Shown: positions 47,562 through 57,204 of the stretch, in pieces
Position numbering within the stretch: position 1 is the stretch's first letter
Layout: every line of letters begins with the position of its first letter
Source of the DNA: Candidatus Micrarchaeia archaeon
GTDB lineage: Archaea; Micrarchaeota; Micrarchaeia; CABMEP01
DNA: 64,000 bases
NCBI GenBank assembly: GCA_038881595.1
Contig: JAVZPM010000001.1
Location: forward strand, 128,001 to 192,000
Direction: 5' to 3'
Translations under genes and position numbers: made by a program
Notes under the pieces: generated by a model
Told to the model about the DNA's origin: nothing
What the model saw: the letters and a program-made list of their open reading frames with translations, nothing else
Databases searched by the model: none

Positions 47562-47879
47562 ATGATGAAAGATAGAGTATTAGTAAATATTATGGAAAGA
47601 AATAAGCAAACTGTAATAGCTATATGTGATGAATCAGTATTAGGAAAGAAATACATAGAAGGCGAATTGTGCCTTGATTTGATTAAGTATAAAAAATTTT
47701 ACGAAGGTAAAGTTATAGAAGATGTAAAAGAATTAAAAGAAAAAATTAAATCTGCTTCATCTATAAATATAGTAGGAAAGGAATCGATAAAATTAATGGA
47801 AAATCTTGGATTTGACATAAAAAACTGTAAATACATAGGAAAAGAAAAGATACCGCATTTACAGATATATAGATTATAA
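47562..47879 (+). CDS. DUF424 family protein
   Basis: IAICDESVLGK, KFYEG, INIVG and IPHLQI. Confidence 0.85.
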   Translation: MMKDRVLVNIMERNKQTVIAICDESVLGKKYIEGELCLDLIKYKKFYEGKVIEDVKELKEKIKSASSINIVGKESIKLMENLGFDIKNCKYIGKEKIPHLQIYRL

Positions 47880-47883
47880 ATTT

Positions 47884-49047
47884 TTACTTTATTGCTGAAA
47901 TTATTTTAATAACGTCCCCATTATTCAGAATATGATCTTTTCCTATTCTTATTTTTCTCTTTGCGTCTACTGCATATATGAAATTTTTCGCAAGATCTGT
48001 ATGTATCTTTGCTGCAAATTGAAGTGCAGTCGTTCCTTTCTTTACTAATATAGCATCTGGCAGAATATTTCCAAAATTATCCGAAAATTTATTTTCATCA
48101 CTTACAGGATAAACAACTATTAAACCTAAAAAATCAAAAACTGCTTTATTTATTACTTCTTGAACTTTTGTTCCACCGTTTGATTCAATGACTTTTTTTA
48201 TTTTTTCGAGTGCTTGTCTTTGTTGTTCGTTAGCATTTATTATTTCAAAATGATTTTCGCCAGGAGTATATTTAATAATGTTATTTTTGGCAGCTTTCCT
48301 TAAAGCTAGCTCACCATCTGCATAAGTCGGAATTATTAATTTATCTGGAAACTTTTCTTTTAATTTTAGATAATTTTCTCTTGCTCCAGGAATGTCTATT
48401 TTGTTTGCTGCGATTATGATAGGCATTGATTCTTTTTTTATTTCTCTACAAAATTCAAGTATTTGATTATCGCTCCAATTTATTCTTTCTAAAGGAAGAT
48501 TCAATTTCTTTGCTGTTTTTTCTATTTCATCTGCTGATATTTTTAATCCTGATAATATTTCTTGAATTGCTTTTATATCTCTACCTTTGATCTTACTCCA
48601 TCCTCTTTTTATAATACCCTCTATCCAATAAATTAATTCTTCTTCAATAAATATAATTTCTTCACTAGGGTCATAATTCTCAGTTGGATTACCATCTGCA
48701 TCCGTCTTTCCACTTACATCTACTACTTGAATAAGAACATCAGCCGATCTAATATCATCTAAAAAACGATTCCCAAGTCCTTTTCCTTCATGTGCACCTG
48801 GAACTAAACCTGCGATGTCTAATAGATTTATTGGAACAAATCTCTTTCCATTATAGCATTTCCCATTTTTAGGATTACATACTACTCCTAATTCTTTACA
48901 TGGACAATCAACTTCAACATAAGTAATTCCTTTATTAGGATCGATTGTTGTAAATGGACGCGGACTTATTGGAACATCTATTGTTGTTGCTGCAGAAAAG
49001 AAAGTTGATTTTCCACTTGATGGTTTGCCTGTTATTCCTATTAACAT
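47884..49047 (-). CDS. ychF: Obg-family NTPase, archaeal YchF-like, with a TGS domain
   Basis: GKPSSGKST, PFTTIDPN, DIAGLVPGAHEGKGLGN, NKID and a C-terminal TGS domain. Confidence 0.9.
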   Translation of the reverse strand: MLIGITGKPSSGKSTFFSAATTIDVPISPRPFTTIDPNKGITYVEVDCPCKELGVVCNPKNGKCYNGKRFVPINLLDIAGLVPGAHEGKGLGNRFLDDIRSADVLIQVVDVSGKTDADGNPTENYDPSEEIIFIEEELIYWIEGIIKRGWSKIKGRDIKAIQEILSGLKISADEIEKTAKKLNLPLERINWSDNQILEFCREIKKESMPIIIAANKIDIPGARENYLKLKEKFPDKLIIPTYADGELALRKAAKNNIIKYTPGENHFEIINANEQQRQALEKIKKVIESNGGTKVQEVINKAVFDFLGLIVVYPVSDENKFSDNFGNILPDAILVKKGTTALQFAAKIHTDLAKNFIYAVDAKRKIRIGKDHILNNGDVIKIISAIK

Positions 49048-49178
49048 TTTATCTCCTTTGTAAATTTATTTCCATTGTTAAAAAGAAATAAAAACATATC
49101 TCATATATATTAATGTGTTTATTAGTGTAATATTTAACTTAATAAATATATGACTAAATATATAAAAACGGTGGTATA

Positions 49179-49706
49179 ATGGATCTTAGCTTTTCAATAA
49201 TAGTTTTTCTTCTCCAAATTTTTATAGGAATACTGTTTGCTATATTATCAGTATACCTTGGTCTTAGATTTTATGATAAAATGACTAAAGGAATAGATGA
49301 AATAAAAGAATTGAAAAAAGGAAATGTTGCGGTTGCAATTATTCTTGCTTCTCTTATACTATCAATAGGTAACATTGTTCAGCAAGGAGTGGCTCAATTC
49401 GATAATGTTCTTCTTCGTGGGGTTTCAATTCCTTTATTCATAATTTCTTTTATAATGGCAATTATACAATTAAGTATTGTTGTTTTAATTGCAATATTGG
49501 CAATTTATGTTGCGATAAGAGTTTTAGACTCGATAACTGTAGGTATAGATGAATTAGGTGAAATAAAGAAAGGTAATATTGCAGTTGCTATAATCGTTGC
49601 TGCTGTTATATATCTTGTATCACTTGTTGTTTCTGGTGCAATAGCAGATATAAACAACCTTTCGATATTTAAACCCGAAATAGTAGCTAGTATGCTTGGA
49701 TTGTAA
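49179..49706 (+). CDS. DUF350-domain membrane protein (internally duplicated)
   Basis: Two copies of GIDE..E.KKGN.AVAI. Confidence 0.8.
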   Translation: MDLSFSIIVFLLQIFIGILFAILSVYLGLRFYDKMTKGIDEIKELKKGNVAVAIILASLILSIGNIVQQGVAQFDNVLLRGVSIPLFIISFIMAIIQLSIVVLIAILAIYVAIRVLDSITVGIDELGEIKKGNIAVAIIVAAVIYLVSLVVSGAIADINNLSIFKPEIVASMLGL

Positions 49707-49720
49707 CAGCTATTGATTTG

Positions 49721-50152
49721 TTAATGATTTACTAGAATTATTTTTCCATTTTTTGATTCTATTTTTATAAATCCTTTTTTAATAATTATCTCGCCATTTA
49801 TATCTACATTGCACTTAGAAAAAAACGACTTGTTTTCTATACTTGAAGATAATATTAACTCGTTCTTATTTGTAGATATTTTAACTTCTTCAGGAAAATA
49901 AAGATATAAAATGCGTTCATTGCCATCGCCTAGAATACATAATGAATTTATTGAATTTTCTAAATCATTTGAATATTTAGATAACAAAATTTTATTGATT
50001 TCAATTTGGAATTTATTATTGATTTTTATGAAATTTATAAGAAATAAAGAAAGAATAGATAGAAAAATAGCGAAAATTAATAAGAATTCTATAGAAAGTT
50101 GACCTCTTTTATTTCTATCAAAAGATTTTAAATCCCCCACTGCATTCATCAT
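49721..50152 (-). CDS. Class III signal peptide protein (minor pilin-like)
   Basis: KRG|QLSIEFLLIFAIFL. The start is moved to the ATG at 50152, right after the upstream stop. Confidence 0.75.
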   Translation of the reverse strand: MMNAVGDLKSFDRNKRGQLSIEFLLIFAIFLSILSLFLINFIKINNKFQIEINKILLSKYSNDLENSINSLCILGDGNERILYLYFPEEVKISTNKNELILSSSIENKSFFSKCNVDINGEIIIKKGFIKIESKNGKIILVNH

Positions 50153-50153
50153 T

Positions 50154-50408
50154 CTACCATTGATATAAATAAGATATCTCATAGGTTGGTTTAGATGGAG
50201 AAGGTTTAATTGTAGAACCATTCGTAGTTTGTTCTATCTGCTCATATATTTTATCTGAAGTGCTTTGAATTGAGCTGGATGCCTTCTCTGCTGATTCTCG
50301 CATTTTTGATGCAACCAAAAAAACTACACCTAGCAGTATTGCAAGAATTATTATCAACTCTATAGAAAGTTGACCTCTTATACTATTTCTATATTTAGAT
50401 TTTACCAT
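50154..50408 (-). CDS. Small class III signal peptide protein (pilin-like)
   Basis: IRG|QLSIELIIILAILLGVVFLV followed by an amphipathic helix. Confidence 0.8.
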   Translation of the reverse strand: MVKSKYRNSIRGQLSIELIIILAILLGVVFLVASKMRESAEKASSSIQSTSDKIYEQIEQTTNGSTIKPSPSKPTYEISYLYQW

Positions 50409-50464
50409 ATTGATATAATAAAAATATTATTTTTAAATCTTTACTTAAGAGTATTGAAAATAGT

Positions 50465-52366
50465 TCATTTCAATCTAATAGAATCCAAATCCATAGGAGC
50501 TCTTGATTCTATTCCTAATGATCTTGAAATTGATGTGGCAAATTCTTCACATTTCTTAGGTTCTCCATGATCAATTAATATTAAAGATGGTTTTGGCTTC
50601 ATGGATTTTATATAATTCATGAGTTGTCTTCTATCGCTATGTCCGCTGAACCCTTCTGCTGTTTCAACTCTTAATTTAACTTGAATAGTTTCTAGCCTAC
50701 CATCTTCTCCTACAACAGCTACTTCTTTTTCTCCTTTTTGTATTTTTCTTCCTAATGAATAATTAGTGTTAAAACCAACAAATATGATAGCATTTTTAGG
50801 ATCTCCTGCAAGTGCTTTAAAATACTCAACAGAAGGTCCACCTGTCATCATTCCAGATGGTGCAAGAATTACACAAGGATCTCCTTCTATTATTTCTTGT
50901 CTATTTCCTTTTACTACTTCAAAAATTGGTGATTCAAATGGACTTTTTCCACTTAAAATCATTCTTTGTAAATTGTCTTTTAGATATTCTGGATAAACGG
51001 TATGAATTGCTGATGCCTCAAGAATCATTCCATCTATATATACTTTAAAGTTTGCCTTATCTGGATTTCTTCTTGCAAATTCTTCAAATACAAGCATTAT
51101 ATCTTGAGACCTTCCTACAGAGAAAACAGGTATCAATACTTTTCCTCCTTTTGCTAAAGTTTCTGTAGTAATTTTTATTACTTTTTCCTCTGCTTGAGGT
51201 CTTGGAGGATGGAAATCTTCTTTTCCTCCATAAGTGCTTTCTAAAATTAATGTTTCAACTCTAGGAAAAGTGTTAACTGCTGGATTTAGAAGTTTTGTAT
51301 GACTGAATTTTATATCTCCACTATAAACTAAATTATGTAAACCATCACTTATATGTAAATGTACTATTGAACTTCCCAAAATATGACCAGAATTGTGTAA
51401 TGTAAGTTTTATTTCAGGACTGATGTCTGTTACTTCTCCGAAATCTCTTGTGATGCAATGTAAAAGTGCTTTTCTTACATCTTTTTCCTCATAAAGAGGA
51501 GTAAGACCTTGTTTTTTCATTACTTTAATGTAATCGAATGTTAATAAAGCCATTAGATCTCTGCTTGGAGGGGTACAATAAATTGGACCGTCGTAACCCA
51601 TTGCAAAGAAATAAGGAATAAAACCACAATGATCTAAATGACTATGGGACAAAACGATTGCATTTATTTCATCAAATGGAATATTTAATGTAGATACATA
51701 AGGATAGAAATCCTTTGCTGTATCGGTTGCTTCAAATTTCAAACCAGCATCCAAAATTATTTTATCATTTGATGTCTCTAAAAAGATGCATGATCTTCCA
51801 ACTTCTTTGAAACCTCCTAATGCGGTTATTTTAATCCATGATGTTTTTTCTGTATTTGAAAATATTCTTTTTCCTGTTTTTAAAAGGAATTTCTTTCTTG
51901 CTTCTGCTTCCTTAAGCATTGTTGATCTTATACTTTTAACTATTTCTGAAGGAAGTGTTGGTGTTCTCAAAACTTTTGGTGACCATCCTGTTGACTTTAT
52001 GATTTCTTTTAATGTAGATCCACCTTTGCCTATAACAAGACCTGGCTTGTATGCTTCTATCCATACTTCATGAAACTCTGGTGAGAATCTTATTTCATTC
52101 ACTCCAGCTTCTGGTTGTATTAATTTTGCGATTGTTTCTTTCGCCTCCTCTGGCTTCATTAATAGATTTGCTGCTGCCCTTATTATCACTTTTTTCTTTA
52201 GAGCGTTCGCTATATCTTTAACTGGGTTGTCGAAGGCGTAAAATTTCTCTATATTATCTATATAGAGAATTATATCTGGGCCTTCTGCCTCTATTTTTGA
52301 TATTGAACAACCAGTTGGAATAAACTGTTCTATCTTTTTTGATATTTCAGAAAGTAAGTTCTGCAT
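50465..52366 (-). CDS. fttA: Beta-CASP ribonuclease aCPSF1 / transcription termination factor FttA
   Basis: N-terminal KH domains (PGLVIGKGG), EVGRSC, SHSHLDH, GHILGS, ESTYG and GFSGHSD. Confidence 0.96.
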   Translation of the reverse strand: MQNLLSEISKKIEQFIPTGCSISKIEAEGPDIILYIDNIEKFYAFDNPVKDIANALKKKVIIRAAANLLMKPEEAKETIAKLIQPEAGVNEIRFSPEFHEVWIEAYKPGLVIGKGGSTLKEIIKSTGWSPKVLRTPTLPSEIVKSIRSTMLKEAEARKKFLLKTGKRIFSNTEKTSWIKITALGGFKEVGRSCIFLETSNDKIILDAGLKFEATDTAKDFYPYVSTLNIPFDEINAIVLSHSHLDHCGFIPYFFAMGYDGPIYCTPPSRDLMALLTFDYIKVMKKQGLTPLYEEKDVRKALLHCITRDFGEVTDISPEIKLTLHNSGHILGSSIVHLHISDGLHNLVYSGDIKFSHTKLLNPAVNTFPRVETLILESTYGGKEDFHPPRPQAEEKVIKITTETLAKGGKVLIPVFSVGRSQDIMLVFEEFARRNPDKANFKVYIDGMILEASAIHTVYPEYLKDNLQRMILSGKSPFESPIFEVVKGNRQEIIEGDPCVILAPSGMMTGGPSVEYFKALAGDPKNAIIFVGFNTNYSLGRKIQKGEKEVAVVGEDGRLETIQVKLRVETAEGFSGHSDRRQLMNYIKSMKPKPSLILIDHGEPKKCEEFATSISRSLGIESRAPMDLDSIRLK

Positions 52367-52417
52367 TTTTCACACTTTAGAAAAGTTAAATGAGAGAATA
52401 AAGATAATTAATATTTC

Positions 52418-53071
52418 TTAATATTTTTTCTTCTTTTCTTTTGATTTTTCTAATATTTTTTCAACTTCTTCTGGTTTATATTTTCTTATTCCATCTTTTG
52501 TTATTGCCACGATATCTATTCCACCACCTGATGCTGTGTCTCTTTTCTTTGCTGCGTTTATTGCTCTTGCTACGATTGGTATTGCTTCGTTTATTGTTGT
52601 CTTTTCATAGAGGTCATCTAAAACTGCTTGTGCTGAAAACCAGCCGCTACCACCATAAGCTGTATGATCTTTAACAGGAGTTACAGAACCTGAGGGATCT
52701 AAAGTATATAACTTTGGGGTTCCGTCCTTCTCTACTCCACCTATTATTATAGCTACATAAAAAGGCATGAATTTATACTGATATAATAGATTCTGTAAGA
52801 ATGACACTGCTGCATCCACAGATATAGGTCTTCCTTCTCTTATTCGGAAGAGTCTAAACTCAACTGATAAAATTCTATCTAATGCCTCAAGATCTCCTGC
52901 CAGTCCAGCTGCAGCAAATGCAATGTGTTTTTCAGGTGTCCTTACTTTTTCTATGTCTTCAGATATTACTACCATTCCACCTGCAGTAACTCTTTTTTCT
53001 GCTGCTATAATTATACCATCAGTACACACTACCCCTACAGTGGTTGTACCTGTTTTAATATTAGTGTCCAA
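52418..53071 (-). CDS. psmB: Proteasome subunit beta
   Basis: Propeptide MDTNIKTG|TTTVG and RDTASG. Adjacent to aCPSF1 as in many archaea. Confidence 0.95.
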   Translation of the reverse strand: MDTNIKTGTTTVGVVCTDGIIIAAEKRVTAGGMVVISEDIEKVRTPEKHIAFAAAGLAGDLEALDRILSVEFRLFRIREGRPISVDAAVSFLQNLLYQYKFMPFYVAIIIGGVEKDGTPKLYTLDPSGSVTPVKDHTAYGGSGWFSAQAVLDDLYEKTTINEAIPIVARAINAAKKRDTASGGGIDIVAITKDGIRKYKPEEVEKILEKSKEKKKKY

Positions 53072-53206
53072 TTAATCACCAAAAGATAGTTTAAAATAAA
53101 AAATATAGTTGTTAGTCGCCCAATTAAATTAGTCTTATTATAATATAAACAGTAGCATATATAAATTTAACGTTAAGAAAGATTTATTACAAAAAAATGG
53201 GATAAG

Positions 53207-53527
53207 ATGAAAAAAATAATTCTAAATAAATATAAAATACTAAACAAGGATAATGAAAAACTAAAAGGACTTATGTTCTTAGATTCTGTAAAGGAAAGGA
53301 TGGTTTTTAATTTTAATTTCGATGTTAATTATTCATTTCACTCATTTTTTTGTCCTAAATTTGATATTATTTTCTTAGATAAAAATTGGATTGTTAAAAA
53401 GTATTTTGAAATAAAATCTTGGAAAATAATAAAGCCGGGAATAACTTATAGATATGTTATAGAGGCTGAATCTGGTTTTATAAGGAAAAATAAAATAAAA
53501 ATAGGAGATCGAATAATTCTTGGATGA
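53207..53527 (+). CDS. DUF192 family protein
   Basis: KGLMF, FDIIFLD and YVIEAESG..IKIGD. Confidence 0.85.
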   Translation: MKKIILNKYKILNKDNEKLKGLMFLDSVKERMVFNFNFDVNYSFHSFFCPKFDIIFLDKNWIVKKYFEIKSWKIIKPGITYRYVIEAESGFIRKNKIKIGDRIILG

Positions 53528-54739
53528 TTAACGTTTGCCTTCTTTACCTGCTGTTATTCTTAAAGTGCCTCCTATCTCTTTTATTGTAATATCTACATTC
53601 TTTGAATTTTCAAATAATGTGCGAATTTGATCTAAGGAATAGTTTCTTATAGCAGCTATATTTGCTTGTATTGCTTCTTCAGAATAGTCTTTTATTATAT
53701 TTTCTTCAAATTGCTTTCTGAATGCTTCTATATTTATTTCATAATAAGCAAGTCTTATTGGATGGTCCTCTTCTGGTTTTCTCCCACTTTCTAATTTTTG
53801 ATATAATGATTTTGATAGTTGTTTCTGTTTTATAAATTGATTGACTCTTCTAAACTCTGCTTCCAATTCAGAAAGTAAATTATATATAGAGTCATTTTCC
53901 GAAACGAATAAAAACGAAGAATTACCTAAATATGATAAGAATATTTTTTCACTGAAATCATTTATTTTATCTTGTGCCATTTGTGAAATTAATCTAATGA
54001 GTTTCATTTTTCCTTTTTCACCATGTAGTTCTTCATATTGATCTATTCCTTCTATTTCTAATTTTATAAATTTACTATTCTCCTCTTTCAAATACATACT
54101 GATGTTTTTGATTAAGCGTTCTACATCTGGCAAATCAACTAAAGGATCAAAAAGTTCACCACTCTTATTTAGAAATATATTAACTAGAGCACGAAGTTCC
54201 ATAGGGTCGAATGGTTTTTTGATATAGTAATCTGCACCATACTGAATGCCAAAAAATCTATTAACAGTCGCGTCTGCAGCTGAAACTATTACAATTATTA
54301 TGTTCTTTGTCTCGGGATTTGATTTTACTTTCTTACAAATTTCTAATCCATCTATACCTGGCAACATTAAATCCAATATAAGAAGATCTGGTTTGAATAT
54401 GTTAATTTCTTTCAATCCTTCGATACCATCATAAGCTGATTTTATTTCATATTTTTCTCCTTCTAAAGTAAGACGTATTAGGTTGTTTATATCTTTATCA
54501 TCTTCTATAATTAATATTTTTTTAGGTTTTTGAGTTTCAAGGACATACCAGAAATCGAATTGACCAATACTTCTAGCTTCAAGTTTCTCTTTAGCTTTTA
54601 ATCTTACTAAAGCACCTTTAACCTCTTCTGGTGTAACATTTGAAAATTCTTTTATAATTTCTGTAGTTTCCATAGCTTTATCTCTAGCTTTAAGAAAAGT
54701 AAGAATATCTTGCTCAAGTCTTAAATCATCTATTTCCAT
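53528..54739 (-). CDS. Response regulator: N-terminal winged HTH-like domain, REC domain and degenerate GGDEF-like domain
   Basis: IIEDD, LILDLMLPGIDG, GADYYIKKPF, followed by DPLVDLPD and YLGNSSFLF. Confidence 0.85.
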   Translation of the reverse strand: MEIDDLRLEQDILTFLKARDKAMETTEIIKEFSNVTPEEVKGALVRLKAKEKLEARSIGQFDFWYVLETQKPKKILIIEDDKDINNLIRLTLEGEKYEIKSAYDGIEGLKEINIFKPDLLILDLMLPGIDGLEICKKVKSNPETKNIIIVIVSAADATVNRFFGIQYGADYYIKKPFDPMELRALVNIFLNKSGELFDPLVDLPDVERLIKNISMYLKEENSKFIKLEIEGIDQYEELHGEKGKMKLIRLISQMAQDKINDFSEKIFLSYLGNSSFLFVSENDSIYNLLSELEAEFRRVNQFIKQKQLSKSLYQKLESGRKPEEDHPIRLAYYEINIEAFRKQFEENIIKDYSEEAIQANIAAIRNYSLDQIRTLFENSKNVDITIKEIGGTLRITAGKEGKR

Positions 54740-54796
54740 AATATCTAATATGATTTAAGTATAAAAGAATTAAAAACTTATTATTGAAATTATATT

Positions 54797-56710
54797 ATGG
54801 CAGATGAAACTAGCCACAAAGAAATACAAACAAAAATAATAGAAATAACAGACACTAATATTGAAGAGAACAATATAATAAATCAAACAACTCAATTAAA
54901 TAGTAAAAAAACAAGTAAAAACCTACATCTTGTTAACGATTCTCTTTATTTGCTTTTTAAAAACTTGGATTCTCCTGCTGTCATAGTTGACGAAAAGAAA
55001 AATATTATCTCAATAAATGATAAATTTACTGAAGTGACAAATATTCAACTTGATGAGGTTAGTGGTAAAAAACTAAATTCTTTGATTAAAAATAATTTTT
55101 TGATTTCTAATAATGGAAAAATTGAAATAGAAACTAAAGAATTAAATTTAGGTCTTACAACAATTGTAATTATTAAAGAAATATCTAAAGAAAAAGAGTT
55201 GGAAAAAATAAGAAAAAGGTTAAATATATTGGAAAATATTGATGAGATTGTAATTGAGATTAAAAAAAATGGAAAAATAGTTTCTTTTAATTCACAAGCA
55301 ACGACTTTAATTCCTAATATAGCTAAAGATTCTAATATCAAAGATTTTGTCAAGATAAATAAATTAAATAGTAAAATTAATCAAATAACAGATGAAAAAA
55401 TTACTGTTGAAAGTGAAGGTACTGTACTAGGTGAAAACCCAATACCTGTTTTTGTTAAGATGTTTCAATTAGATTCAAATATTATAATTGTTCTAAAAAA
55501 TAAAAGCGAACAAGTTAAATTAAATGAAGAGATACGGGTTGTTAGAGAACAGTATGAACAACTAGTGAATAATACTACTGATATAATTTGTATAATTGAT
55601 AAAAATGGAAAATTCAAATTTGTGAATAAACAATTTGAAAAACAATTAGGTTATAAAGAACCTTATCCTTCTATATTCGAAATAATTCATCCTGAAGATA
55701 TGCCTGAATTTGTTAGAACGCTTACTGAAGCGGAAAAACAGAGAAAAGGTTTCCAAGATAAAGAATTTAGAATTTATAATAATAAAAAGAAAATGTTTTA
55801 TTTTTCAGTTAGTGCTTTACCTTTAATACATGAAAACTCATCTACTGAATATAGTATGACTTTTAGGAATATTACAGAAAAAAAGAAGAATGAAGATGAG
55901 ACTATTAGAGAAAGGGAAAAATTAAAGGAAGATTATAAACGACTTTCTGAAATTAATAGAATGAAAACAGAATTTGTAAGTATGGTTTCACATGATCTAA
56001 AAACACCTCTTACTAATATACAAGGTTATGCTTCTTTATTAAGAAATAAAGTATTAGGGCCGAATACCGAAAAACAACAAGAAGCTGCTGAAATAATTGA
56101 TAAAGAGGCTAAAAGATTAGCTAAATTAATAAATGATTTATTAGATCTTTCAAAACTAGATGCAGGAGCTATTACATTATATAAGAAACCTTTCAAACTC
56201 AAAGATCTCGAAGATAAATGTTCTCTTAGGAATCTTGCAGAAGCTAAAGGTTTGACTTTGATATGGAATACACCAGATAGTTTAGGAGAAGTATATGGTG
56301 ATCCAGAGAGAATAGCTCAGGTTCTAACAAATTTAGTTAATAATGCTATTAAATTTACTGATAAAGGTTCTGTTACAATTAATGCTTTTGAAAAAGATAA
56401 GAATTGGATACAAGTAGATGTAATTGATACAGGACCAGGTATACCTAAAAAAGAACAACAATCAATATTTGAAAGGTTTCAAAGAAGTAGTGTATCTAAA
56501 TTATATAAAAAAGAAGGTAGTGGTTTAGGTCTTGCAATTGCGAAAGAAATAATGAAACTACATGATAGTGATATTTTTGTTAAATCTGAAGTAGGTAAAG
56601 GTAGTGTTTTTAGTATTTTATTACCTAAAGCAAAAAATAAAATCGGAAATGAAAATGTCAATGAATATATTGAAAAACTATCTACAGATAAACAAAATGA
56701 GAGTCAATAA
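54797..56710 (+). CDS. Cytoplasmic multi-PAS sensor histidine kinase
   Basis: PAS repeats (IHPED), H-box SHDLKTPL, N-box NLVNNAIKFT, DTGPGI, IFERF and GSGLGLAI. No TM helix. Confidence 0.93.
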   Translation: MADETSHKEIQTKIIEITDTNIEENNIINQTTQLNSKKTSKNLHLVNDSLYLLFKNLDSPAVIVDEKKNIISINDKFTEVTNIQLDEVSGKKLNSLIKNNFLISNNGKIEIETKELNLGLTTIVIIKEISKEKELEKIRKRLNILENIDEIVIEIKKNGKIVSFNSQATTLIPNIAKDSNIKDFVKINKLNSKINQITDEKITVESEGTVLGENPIPVFVKMFQLDSNIIIVLKNKSEQVKLNEEIRVVREQYEQLVNNTTDIICIIDKNGKFKFVNKQFEKQLGYKEPYPSIFEIIHPEDMPEFVRTLTEAEKQRKGFQDKEFRIYNNKKKMFYFSVSALPLIHENSSTEYSMTFRNITEKKKNEDETIREREKLKEDYKRLSEINRMKTEFVSMVSHDLKTPLTNIQGYASLLRNKVLGPNTEKQQEAAEIIDKEAKRLAKLINDLLDLSKLDAGAITLYKKPFKLKDLEDKCSLRNLAEAKGLTLIWNTPDSLGEVYGDPERIAQVLTNLVNNAIKFTDKGSVTINAFEKDKNWIQVDVIDTGPGIPKKEQQSIFERFQRSSVSKLYKKEGSGLGLAIAKEIMKLHDSDIFVKSEVGKGSVFSILLPKAKNKIGNENVNEYIEKLSTDKQNESQ

Positions 56711-56801
56711 AACGAATTTTTTGTAAACTTGATTTAAAATTAAAAATCTATTGGTGAGAGAGAGGGTTAAATTCCAGTAATATAGATAAATATTTAATTC
56801 C

Positions 56802-56819
56802 TTGTAACTATAGTTACAA
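56802..56819. promoter_or_regulatory. 18-bp perfect palindrome (candidate protein-binding site)
   Basis: TTGTAACTATAGTTACAA, separated by one base from the ATG at 56821. Confidence 0.55.
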
Positions 56820-56820
56820 T

Positions 56821-57078
56821 ATGTATATTTTATATATTTACAAGTTCAAAATAAATAATAAAAAAATACTAAACACTATAAAGAGACGTTTTTATTATAA
56901 TTATAAAAAAATAAATCAAAAAATAATAATAAATTTATTTAATAAAAACCAATTTTTTATAGTAAATGAAAAAGAAGAAAAAATAATTGATGAATTTTTA
57001 AAAGAATATTTAGATTGGATCGAATACTATAAATTAAAAGTAAATAATGTTCAATATATTTCTTCTCAAATAGAATAA
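56821..57078 (+). CDS. Small hypothetical protein, possibly Cas2/VapD-like ferredoxin fold
   Basis: 85-aa ORF with a beta-alpha-beta-beta-alpha-beta-like pattern (MYILYIYKF..KRRFYY..FFIV..IDEFL..IEYYK). Very AT-rich, so coding status is uncertain. Confidence 0.45.
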   Translation: MYILYIYKFKINNKKILNTIKRRFYYNYKKINQKIIINLFNKNQFFIVNEKEEKIIDEFLKEYLDWIEYYKLKVNNVQYISSQIE

Positions 57079-57204
57079 ATTAACAAACTTTCAATTTTTA
57101 TTATTAGTAGAATAGACCCCTCTCAGTACTATAACTAAACAATAGATATATTTATAATTGAATCTTTTATTATTTTTTTACTATAACATCATTTAAGTGA
57201 TTTA

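Noticed and set aside
49721..50408. Frameshifted single pilin gene suggested by the overlapping track ORFs
   Set aside because: Each ORF has its own class III signal motif, and moving the second start to 50152 removes the overlap.
50465..53071. psmB-aCPSF1 adjacency as a novel link
   Set aside because: This is a well-known conserved archaeal gene pair.
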